DNA of 64,000 nucleotides from Candidatus Kuenenbacteria bacterium (GTDB lineage Bacteria; Patescibacteriota; Patescibacteriia; UBA2196; GWA2-42-15). The stretch is from NCBI GenBank assembly GCA_012797775.1, contig JAAZOM010000006.1, positions 12,815 through 76,814 on the forward strand, in the 5' to 3' direction. Under the pieces are notes generated by a model. That model made no database searches. It was not told the DNA's origin and saw only the letters and a program-made list of their open reading frames with translations. Positions within the stretch are counted from its first letter, which is position 1. Each line of letters begins with the position of its first letter. Shown piece after piece: positions 55,689 through 64,000 of this stretch. The position numbers and the translations under genes are program-made.

Positions 55689-58172
55689 TTAGGTTAATTT
55701 TATTTTATTATTTTGGACGGTTATTTGGATAGTCTTATTTTTTATTTTCTCACCACCAATAATTTTGTCCGCCAAGGGCTCCTCTATTTCTTTTTGGAGG
55801 GTCTCTCTCACCGCCCTAGCCCCAGTCTCTCTTTTTTCACACTCTTTGAGTAGTTTGTCTACCACTGGTTTTCCCCAGCCAATTTTCAGTTTTTTATTTG
55901 CCAGTTTTTCATTTATTGCTTGCATTTCCAGCTCAATTATTTTTGCTAGTTCTTTTTTGCCCAAATTTTCAAATATCAAAATCTGGTCTATTCGGTTCAA
56001 AAATTCCGGCCGCAAAAATTCCTCCAAAGCTTCTTTAAAATTATCCCTTTCGGCCATTCTCTCCTCATCCCCAAAACCCAGTCTTTTCTGTTCACTTCTT
56101 TTTTTGAGCCCTATATTGGTCGTCATTATAATTATAGTATTCCTAAAATTTATCACCCGACCCTTGCTGTCTGTTATTTGCCCGTCTTCGAGGATTGATA
56201 GCCAGAGGTTAAAAATATCCGGATGGGCCTTTTCTATCTCATCGAGCAAGACCACCGAATAGGGGTTTCTTTTGATTTTTTCGGTCAAAACACCACCCTC
56301 ATCATAGCCCACATAGCCAGCCGGTGCCCCGATGATTTTTGAAGCATTAAATTTTTCTCCATATTCAGACATGTCCAACCTGATGAGTCCGTCTCCCCTA
56401 GGATTCAGGGTTTCTGCCAATACCTTGGCGGTATAGGTTTTACCAACACCCGAGGCCCCGGCAAAGACAAAAGAACCCAAAGGTCTTTTGTCGCCAGCGA
56501 GCCCCACGGCCGAGCGCTTTATTACGCCGGCTATTTTTTTTATTACTTTTTCTTGACCGATGATCTTGGCCTTGAGCTTGTCTTCTAGCGAGGCGATTTC
56601 CCCCGCCATTTTTTTCTTATCAGAAATATTGATCTTGGTTGCCTCAGCCATGAGTTCTCGGATATCGTCTCCTTTTATTATATTGCCAGCCAGAGATTTG
56701 GGGTTACTCTTCATTTTATTGTTCATCTCTTCTGTCTCGAGCTGATAAATTTTATTCACCAACTCAAACTCTTCCCCTTTGATTTTTATTGCCTCTTTGT
56801 ACTTTTCTTCTTTGACCAAATTATCCTTTTCTTTGCCGAGTCGTTGCAGCTCTTTTTTGAGCAGACTGATCTTTTGCCGGTTACCTCGACTCGGCCGCTC
56901 GACTCTTTTTTTACTGGCCGCTTCATCGATCAGGTCAATCGCCTTATCTGGCAAAAATTGGTTTGGCAAATATCGCTCTGACAGGCGGACCGCTTCCTCT
57001 ATGGCTTCATCGCTGATTTTCAGGAGGTGATGTTTTTCATAGGCCGGCCGGATGCCTTTGATTATTTCTATAGCTTCCTCTGCTGTCGGTTCACCGACCA
57101 TTACTTTTTGCAGCCTTCTCCCCAAGGCGCTGTCTGGCTCAATATGCTTTTTGTAGTCTTCAAAAGTTGTTGCTCCTATACAGTGGATTTCCCCGCGGGC
57201 TAGAGCAGGTTTCAAAATATTGGCGGCGTCCATTGTACCCGAGCTCGAGCCCGCGCCGACGATATTGTGTATTTCATCAATGAATAAAATAATATTGGGA
57301 TCAGATTTGGCCTCATCAACGATCTGTTTCACGCGCGCTTCAAATTCTCCCCGGTAACTGGTGCCAGCTACCAAGAGGGGCATATCGAGGGAGTATATTT
57401 TTTTATCAACCAAAACATCAGGCACTTGCCCGAGCATTATTTTTTTGGCCAGCCCTTCCACGATAGCGGTTTTACCCACGCCCGGCTCGCCCAAGAGAAT
57501 CGGATTATTTTTGTTACGCCGTGACAAAATTTGGACCACTCTTTTTATCTCTGCTTCCCGGCCGATCACCGGATTGATATTCTTCTGTGCTACTGGGATA
57601 GTCAGGTCTGTACCAAAAAAATCCAAAATGGTCTCGCGTTTCTTTTTATTATTTTTTTCTTCCTGACGCAGTTTTTCCTTGAGGTTATTGACTGCCTCGG
57701 CGATCTCGCCAAATTTGGCCGTAGAGCCAAGCACCGATTCCAGGCTTTTGAGCAAATTTTTATTATTTACTTTGTATTTGTCCAGTATTTTATTTACCTC
57801 TTCGTTGTTTGCTTTTATCAGACTATATAAAAGATGTTCTGTGCCAATATAGTTGTGCTGGTATTTGGCGGCCACGGCGGCCGAGTCCACTACTATTTTT
57901 TTTGCTACTTTGCTTAGCCCCACCTCCTCTTTCGCCGAGAGAATTTTTTCCCATTCCTCTGTCTTTGCTTCTCCTGCGTCAGTCTCGAGCCCCGCCCTGA
58001 CCCCGGCCTTATTCAAGGTCTCGCCGCCGAGTGAGCCCTTCTCGGCGATCAGCCCCCAAAATATTTCTTCCACGCCGATTTCTTTTTTCTTATTGGCAAC
58101 AGACAGGCCAAAAGCCCGGACAATAGTCTTTTTGTAATGATTGGTAAATTTGTTTAAAATATTTTCTGTCAT
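55689..58172 (-). CDS. clpC: ATP-dependent Clp protease ATPase ClpC
   Basis: Clp N repeats, GEPGVGKT, FIDEIH, UVR-like coil, GASGVGKT, LLDEIEKAH. Confidence 0.93.
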   Translation of the reverse strand: MTENILNKFTNHYKKTIVRAFGLSVANKKKEIGVEEIFWGLIAEKGSLGGETLNKAGVRAGLETDAGEAKTEEWEKILSAKEEVGLSKVAKKIVVDSAAVAAKYQHNYIGTEHLLYSLIKANNEEVNKILDKYKVNNKNLLKSLESVLGSTAKFGEIAEAVNNLKEKLRQEEKNNKKKRETILDFFGTDLTIPVAQKNINPVIGREAEIKRVVQILSRRNKNNPILLGEPGVGKTAIVEGLAKKIMLGQVPDVLVDKKIYSLDMPLLVAGTSYRGEFEARVKQIVDEAKSDPNIILFIDEIHNIVGAGSSSGTMDAANILKPALARGEIHCIGATTFEDYKKHIEPDSALGRRLQKVMVGEPTAEEAIEIIKGIRPAYEKHHLLKISDEAIEEAVRLSERYLPNQFLPDKAIDLIDEAASKKRVERPSRGNRQKISLLKKELQRLGKEKDNLVKEEKYKEAIKIKGEEFELVNKIYQLETEEMNNKMKSNPKSLAGNIIKGDDIRELMAEATKINISDKKKMAGEIASLEDKLKAKIIGQEKVIKKIAGVIKRSAVGLAGDKRPLGSFVFAGASGVGKTYTAKVLAETLNPRGDGLIRLDMSEYGEKFNASKIIGAPAGYVGYDEGGVLTEKIKRNPYSVVLLDEIEKAHPDIFNLWLSILEDGQITDSKGRVINFRNTIIIMTTNIGLKKRSEQKRLGFGDEERMAERDNFKEALEEFLRPEFLNRIDQILIFENLGKKELAKIIELEMQAINEKLANKKLKIGWGKPVVDKLLKECEKRETGARAVRETLQKEIEEPLADKIIGGEKIKNKTIQITVQNNKIKLT

Positions 58173-58360
58173 ATTTTGATGTGTTCCTATTCTAACACAA
58201 TTAAAGCACCTTTTCAATTCAGGATAGGGGAGTGTTTTCTCTTTTGACTTTTGTCAAAATTTATGCTACAATATAATTATATCACAAATGCTAATATTGG
58301 CGTTTGTCTAAAAGGCCATTAAAGGCCAAAAAATAAAAATAAAAACTAAAATATAAAGAT

Positions 58361-61300
58361 ATGCCTAGTCTTTACAAAAACAGGAAACTGTTTGTCGCTA
58401 TTTTTCTATTGTCAGTGGTACTACTTGGTGCCGCTTTTTTAATTCCTGAAAAAAAGCAGGGGATGGTGCTAGGAGAGACTACAGCTGACCCTACCATCTC
58501 TGCTCTCACTATTAGCAATATCACCGCCACATCGGCCAAAATCACCTGGACCACGAGTGACCCGATGACCACCGTTCTTACCTATTATGTTGCTGGCACT
58601 AATAATATAAAAATTGCTTATGGTGCCGGTGCTTCTTTTAGTAATACTCATGAGGTTAATTTGACTGGACTTGCACCAAACACCAGCTACCATCTTTTTG
58701 CCGAATCAGAAGATTCTGACGAGTATTATACCCTGAATGCCTATGGTGATTTTAAAACGTTAACAAGCGCCCCCGCCGCCAGCGATGCTTTGGCCTTTAC
58801 CAAAGAACCGTCCGTCGTCGTTACTAGTTCCTCAGCTACGCTTACTTGGACTACCAACATGGAGGCTACCCACTTGGTAAAATACAAGACCAACTCAGAA
58901 ACCACTTACCGCCAGGCCTATCTTTCTGGTCAGTCCTCTACCCACACTATTTCTATCACCTCCCTCACTCCCAATACCATCTATAATTATATTGTTGAAT
59001 CAGAAGAGCAAGGTGATCGTGGTTTTATTTCCAAGAGTGGGTCATTTACCACCTCAGCTGGTTCGCTCACTCCTACGATCTCCGAGCCCAAAGTTGCCAA
59101 CCTCAGTGCTACCTCAGCCAAGATTTATTGGACCAGCAACGTACCCATGAGTACTGAGATAAGGTATGCCAAGGATGGCACCACCAGCTATACCTATGAT
59201 TCCATCGATTGGGAAGATGAGAGGGAGTGGGGCGTTGATCACGAAATAACGTTAAGCGGTCTCTTACCTGGCACTAAATATAATTTTTACGCCGGTGGCG
59301 AGGATGGTCGCACCTCTATTGAAAAAGTGGGATCCTTCCAGACTTTATCTGCCTCTCCTAGTTTTTCCAGTCTGGTTGTTCAAAGTATCACTACCACCAT
59401 CAGCACGCCAACAGCCAATCAATTGGTCCCACTTACTATTGGTGTAAAAAATAATGATAATATCAATGCTCTTACCAACGTGCCCATCGAGATAAAAGTC
59501 AATGGCTTGGCCATTTGCAGCGGCACTGTTATGCCTCGGATCTCTCCCAGCGCAACTGGTTATGCTGCTTGCAACTGGACTCCGACAGCTAGTGGTTCTC
59601 ATACCATTACCGCTTCTATCTCTGTTGGGGGCTCGGTTATTTCCACAAAGAATGTGACTTTTACCGTGGTTGGTAGTTCTGCTTACGTCACCCTGACCAC
59701 TAGCCCCTCTACTGTGGCCGTAGGCCAGAAAGTCATTTTGACTGGCAAGATTACTGGGGAACACACTTTTCAGATAGCTCAGTTCAAAGAATTATATAAT
59801 GATCCGACCCCAGATAAGGTTATTTGTGATACGACTACCAAAAATAGCACCGGTTTATACACATGCGAGTGGACACCCAAAACAGCCGGCGACTACCAAT
59901 TAGCCTTTAGAGTAAACTATGATGATGCCTTAACTGCTACAGCCAACTACGCCGTAACCGCCGCCAGTGTTACTCCCACCTACGCTTGGGTCGAAGGTGC
60001 GTGGGGATCTTGTAATGCCAATGGCACCCAATCAAGAACTGTTGTCTGTAGAAAAACAGAAGGTACTTCAGTTACCGATGTTGAGGAAAGATATTGTGCC
60101 AATGCCGGTGCCAAACCAGCTACGACTCAGGTCTGCAGTAAATTATCTATTTTAAGTATCACCACCACCAAGACCAGTATTCTCCCCAATGAGGTTATTC
60201 CCCTAAGTATTGCCATTAAGAATAGCGATCAGATAAACCCTTATACTAATATTTTATTGGAATTAAAAAGTGGGTCAGCCGTTATTTGCAACCCAACCAT
60301 TTCAAGGGTCTCTGCCGGCGTCACTGGCTATCAAACTTGCAACTGGACTCCGACAGCTAGTGGTTCTCATACCATTACCGCTTCTATCTCTGTTGGAGGC
60401 TCGGTTATTTCCACAAAGAATGTGAATTTTACCGTGGTTAACTCCACCACTAGTTATGTTACTTTGGGAGTTAGCCCCACCACCGTGGCGGTCGGCCAGA
60501 CTGTTGTTCTAGGCGGTAATATTATTGGCGACCACACCTTCACTATTGCTCAATTCAAAGTCCTAAAAGACGGCAATGATACTATTTTGTGCGAAACCAG
60601 AAATAAATCCAGCAACAATTCTTACGCTTGTAGCTGGACTCCAACAACCGCCGGTACTCATCAGTTAGTTTTTCGGGTTAATTATAGTGATCAATTGACT
60701 GCCACGACGAACTACACTGTGACCGCCGCCAGCGTTACTACCACCTACGCCTGGGCCGAAGGTGCGTGGGGTCCTTGCAATAATGGCACTCAGGTCAGAA
60801 CCGTATCTTGTAAAAAAACAGAAGGCACGACTGTCACCACGGTCATTGATAACTATTGTGTCAATGCCGGTGCCAAACCAAACACGACGCAAGGTTGTAC
60901 TTTGGGCGCGACGGCTGTCACACTTTCTGCCACTCCTACGACCGCGGCCATCGACACAAAAGTCGTCCTGACTGGGACCATAACTGGTACTCATGATTTC
61001 TATTGGGCTGAATTTAAAGATAACAAAAAATATCCGATACCAGATGATGTTCTTTGCAGCGTAAAAGAAAACGATGCTGATATCTATACCTGTGAGTGGA
61101 TACCCAAAACCGCCGGCAGTCACGAACTGGTTTTTAGGGTGAATTCGGATCCTGATCTGACAGCGACTCTTTTCTTTACCGTCACCGGTTCAAACTTAGC
61201 TACTTACTCCTGGTACTCCGGTGCCCCTCTTGGTGCCTGTACCGGAGGTAGTCAGACCGTTACTGTCTACTGCAAAGATTCTAATGGTGCTAGGGCTGAT

Positions 61301-63349
61301 GACTCCAAATGTATTGTTGCCAATGCCGGTGCCAAACCAGCTACGACACAAAGTTGCAGTAATATTACTTTTGCCTGGGGTGAACCTAGCGCCTGGGGTG
61401 TTTGCACTGATGGTAATCAAACAAGAACTGTCGTCTGTAAAAAAATAGAAGGTACGACTGTCACCGACGTTAATGATAGTTTCTGCCCTCCTGCTACCAA
61501 GCCAGTCACATCGCAGTCTTGTATATCTGATGAACCCGACCTTACCTTTACCGCCTTTTCCGTCAGCTTGAACAATGGTGGTGTTAGCGGCACAAAAACC
61601 AGAACTGTAAGATGCCTAGATAGTAATGGCGATGTTATTGCTGATGCTTTGTGTCTTGGCCCTAAGCCAAAAGAAGTAGACAGTTGTCAAAATAATTCTC
61701 TATCCTTTGAGCTATTTGAGTTTTTTATTTATTCTGAAGATGGGGAGGAACTGCTGGTTTTTAGAGGTGTCTTACCTTCTATAATAGATGAAAGGATGGA
61801 CATGTTTTTCTTTATCGATGACCATAAAAGTGAATGGCTGTCGACTATTGATAGGACCCTTTTTTTTGAATCTACTACTGAAGGAGTAAGGTCATTTTTT
61901 GCTGATGGTTTTGATCCATTTACTAATGGTGACCATGTTTTTAAGGTAAGAGTCTGTAGTCAAAACAACCCCACTTTTTGTTTTGAAGAAGAAAGATTTT
62001 ATAATATTGGAGGAGAAAAATCAGGAAACTCTTGGGAAACGTCGTTTTGGCAAACGCAAGCTTGTTCCGCCGGTACTGGCGCTAGCTCTCTGACTTTGGT
62101 TCCAGCTATCCAAAATATTGGCACCGTCGCCGTTTCTACGCCTTTCAATATCAAAGTAGAAGTCAGCATAAATGATGACCCCATCGCCGGCTCCGAGGAA
62201 ACGTTCACAGTTACTGATGGTTTTGCTCCGGGCTTTGGCAATTATTTGACCCACATTTATAATAAATATATTTTTGATGATCCGGGCAACTATGTTATTA
62301 AGCTCACTATGTTAGATGTTGCCGGTGAAACCAATACTGCCAACAACAGCATCACTAGTAATTTGGCCGTTTCTCCTGATAATAATATTGTTATCTCCAA
62401 TTTGCGGGTTTCCGATATCACCAGCACTTCGGCTACTGTCAATTTCAGCACCAACATCGCTACCAAAGGCGCGGTTTGGTATGGTACCACTGATACGATT
62501 CAGGGTCGCAATTTTAGAGCCTATGATGGTGGTAGCCATGAGGCATATCAAACAATTACACCGAGCATGATTCACCAGATTCGACTTGCCAACTTGGCCC
62601 CCGATACCACTTATTATTATCGTGGCGACGCCCTTGTCATCGCCGATCAGGTCGCGGAAACCGCTTCATATAGTTTCAAAACAAAGGCATTGGAGACTTA
62701 TTCTTGGGTTAATGTCGGTTGGTCAGATTGTGTTGATGGAAAACAAGAGTTAATGGTTGAGTGCCGCAATCAATCTGGTTCCAAAGTATCTGACAGCCAG
62801 TGCACTGGCACAAAGCCATCTGACAGTCGCGATTGTGAAATTTCTGATAATGCGACAGGCGAACGGCTCGCCGGCCGCTTACTTCTAGCGGCTGAAGACC
62901 ATGGTCGCGTCTATTATATTTACCCGGAAGATTATAAAAAATATGAAGTAACCTTTGGTAATGTCATGAAACTTTTTCAGGATTTATCTTTGGGTATTAG
63001 TAATAGTGATCTAAACAAAATTCTCATCAACCCCAATGCCGTGAGTGTGGACAAAGACAGTGACGGTGATGGCTATAATGACAAATCAGAAGTGACCAAT
63101 GGCTACAATCCATATCTAGCTTCTGACCCAGCCCATCGTGGCAATGACAAGGTTCAAGTTGATACTGTCTTGAGCAACCGTTTAATCGGCAGGTTATTGC
63201 TCCAAGTCGAGGATCGTGGTCGTATCTGGTATGTGGATCAAGAGGCCAAACGTTGGGAAGTCACCTGGGAAAATGTCATGAATTTATTCACATCTCTTTC
63301 ATTAGGTACTAATAATGATGATCTAGCAAGGATACAAAGTGGCAACTAA
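58361..63349 (+). CDS. Giant surface protein: FN3-like, CARDB/Ig-like and thrombospondin type 1-like repeats
   Basis: N-terminal signal; L.PNT.Y FN3 motifs; repeated W..G.WG.C..G.Q.RTV.C...C...KP..TQ.C; C-terminal duplicated GRLLL..ED.GR..Y module with DSDGDG. Confidence 0.88.
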   Translation: MPSLYKNRKLFVAIFLLSVVLLGAAFLIPEKKQGMVLGETTADPTISALTISNITATSAKITWTTSDPMTTVLTYYVAGTNNIKIAYGAGASFSNTHEVNLTGLAPNTSYHLFAESEDSDEYYTLNAYGDFKTLTSAPAASDALAFTKEPSVVVTSSSATLTWTTNMEATHLVKYKTNSETTYRQAYLSGQSSTHTISITSLTPNTIYNYIVESEEQGDRGFISKSGSFTTSAGSLTPTISEPKVANLSATSAKIYWTSNVPMSTEIRYAKDGTTSYTYDSIDWEDEREWGVDHEITLSGLLPGTKYNFYAGGEDGRTSIEKVGSFQTLSASPSFSSLVVQSITTTISTPTANQLVPLTIGVKNNDNINALTNVPIEIKVNGLAICSGTVMPRISPSATGYAACNWTPTASGSHTITASISVGGSVISTKNVTFTVVGSSAYVTLTTSPSTVAVGQKVILTGKITGEHTFQIAQFKELYNDPTPDKVICDTTTKNSTGLYTCEWTPKTAGDYQLAFRVNYDDALTATANYAVTAASVTPTYAWVEGAWGSCNANGTQSRTVVCRKTEGTSVTDVEERYCANAGAKPATTQVCSKLSILSITTTKTSILPNEVIPLSIAIKNSDQINPYTNILLELKSGSAVICNPTISRVSAGVTGYQTCNWTPTASGSHTITASISVGGSVISTKNVNFTVVNSTTSYVTLGVSPTTVAVGQTVVLGGNIIGDHTFTIAQFKVLKDGNDTILCETRNKSSNNSYACSWTPTTAGTHQLVFRVNYSDQLTATTNYTVTAASVTTTYAWAEGAWGPCNNGTQVRTVSCKKTEGTTVTTVIDNYCVNAGAKPNTTQGCTLGATAVTLSATPTTAAIDTKVVLTGTITGTHDFYWAEFKDNKKYPIPDDVLCSVKENDADIYTCEWIPKTAGSHELVFRVNSDPDLTATLFFTVTGSNLATYSWYSGAPLGACTGGSQTVTVYCKDSNGARADDSKCIVANAGAKPATTQSCSNITFAWGEPSAWGVCTDGNQTRTVVCKKIEGTTVTDVNDSFCPPATKPVTSQSCISDEPDLTFTAFSVSLNNGGVSGTKTRTVRCLDSNGDVIADALCLGPKPKEVDSCQNNSLSFELFEFFIYSEDGEELLVFRGVLPSIIDERMDMFFFIDDHKSEWLSTIDRTLFFESTTEGVRSFFADGFDPFTNGDHVFKVRVCSQNNPTFCFEEERFYNIGGEKSGNSWETSFWQTQACSAGTGASSLTLVPAIQNIGTVAVSTPFNIKVEVSINDDPIAGSEETFTVTDGFAPGFGNYLTHIYNKYIFDDPGNYVIKLTMLDVAGETNTANNSITSNLAVSPDNNIVISNLRVSDITSTSATVNFSTNIATKGAVWYGTTDTIQGRNFRAYDGGSHEAYQTITPSMIHQIRLANLAPDTTYYYRGDALVIADQVAETASYSFKTKALETYSWVNVGWSDCVDGKQELMVECRNQSGSKVSDSQCTGTKPSDSRDCEISDNATGERLAGRLLLAAEDHGRVYYIYPEDYKKYEVTFGNVMKLFQDLSLGISNSDLNKILINPNAVSVDKDSDGDGYNDKSEVTNGYNPYLASDPAHRGNDKVQVDTVLSNRLIGRLLLQVEDRGRIWYVDQEAKRWEVTWENVMNLFTSLSLGTNNDDLARIQSGN
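59568..60439 (+). repeat. 104-bp near-identical intragenic direct repeat
   Basis: 59568-59671 vs 60336-60439, two mismatches by eye. Confidence 0.8.
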
Positions 63350-63361
63350 CATTAGATTTTT

Positions 63362-63399
63362 CAAACACCGTTCCTATCAGGAACGGTGTTTGCATTTTA
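63362..63399 (+). terminator. Intrinsic terminator
   Basis: CAAACACCGTTCCT-ATC-AGGAACGGTGTTTG then T-rich. Confidence 0.75.
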
Positions 63400-63690
63400 T
63401 GAAAAATCATCGAGGCTAAATAAATATTGCGCGAGTATATCTTTGGCCAGCTTCTATGTTAGAACTGCATTATTTTTTTATAGCTAGGCATTGAACTTGG
63501 GTAATAGGCATTTGACTTTTTTAGGAGATTATGCTATACTTCAATTAGGTAATAAAGAACTTAAAGGCTCTTTTTAATTATGGTCTTAAAGCAAGAATTT
63601 TATATTATTAAATATTCTGTTAGCTCTCATTCACCCTGAAGCCGTATTTTTGTACGGTTTTTTTATTTATAAACTAATTTTTGTAATAAT

Positions 63691-64000
63691 ATGTACCGCG
63701 GAAAAACAAAGTCAAAATTTCAAAAAATAGCCGCCCTGGTTATTCTAGCCACTCTCTTTACGCCGTTTTTTAGTCTAGAAGCAGAGGCCGCCACCCTCGA
63801 TCTTACCCCCCGCATTTCTTATTGGGCGGGTAAAGTCAACCAGCACACCGAAGACGGAGTCTGGAAAACAGATCCCGATGGTGCTTCTGGCGCCAACATT
63901 GCCATGTTGACCTATTGCAAAAAATGGTATCCCAATACCGTCAGCGTTGAGTATTATGGGGAAACATCAGAACCAGTCTGGAGAGCTGCTGGCAACACTG
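63691..64000 (+). CDS. Secreted protein, 5' part (truncated by window edge)
   Basis: MYRGKTKSKFQKIAALVILATLFTPFFSLEAEAA signal peptide then YWAGKVNQH..WKTDPDG..YCKKWYP; open to end. Confidence 0.75.
   Translation, partial: MYRGKTKSKFQKIAALVILATLFTPFFSLEAEAATLDLTPRISYWAGKVNQHTEDGVWKTDPDGASGANIAMLTYCKKWYPNTVSVEYYGETSEPVWRAAGNT

Noticed and set aside
59568-60439. DGR template/variable repeat pair (both mismatches are A in the second copy; bAvd-like genes present)
   Set aside because: Only two differences despite many adenines, both copies are coding within the same gene, and no reverse transcriptase is in the window.
311-63349. Numerous short antisense/overlapping ORFs in the ORF track
   Set aside because: They overlap well-supported genes and lack motifs; treated as shadow ORFs.
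63580-63668. Possible leader peptide (MVLKQEFYIIKYSVSSHSP*) with hairpin+T attenuator before the last gene
   Set aside because: No regulatory codon run or clear antiterminator; evidence too weak.

Overview
A 64-kb chromosomal window from a moderately AT-rich bacterium. Gene content and style suggest Patescibacteria/CPR (inference). Housekeeping genes include frr (end), rseP, proS, mreBCD-mrdA, greA, trxA, trxB, smpB, argS, rodA, rplY, rpmB, tsaE, comF, clpC, tRNA-Lys and tRNA-Pro. Metabolic features are a nucleoside/AMP salvage cluster (AMP phosphorylase, R15P isomerase, form III-like RuBisCO, two Prs, DeoD) and a split PEP-synthase/RPH-like dikinase set. There are also two four-helix-bundle genes flanked by short degenerate repeat arrays, REP-like palindromes and a 1662-aa surface protein with thrombospondin-like repeats. 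The most unexplained signal is non-coding. At 18.6-20.25 kb three consecutive promoter-structured RNA-terminator units occur (about 835, 215 and 295 nt), several with C/U-rich or anti-Shine-Dalgarno-like loops. Two more stand-alone structured RNAs lie at 9.4 kb and 41.8 kb, and a non-canonical tRNA-like leader at 12.1 kb. The window also splits into SD-less core genes and a set of SD-led, independently transcribed, often degenerate small genes. All structures were paired by eye and no database searches were run.
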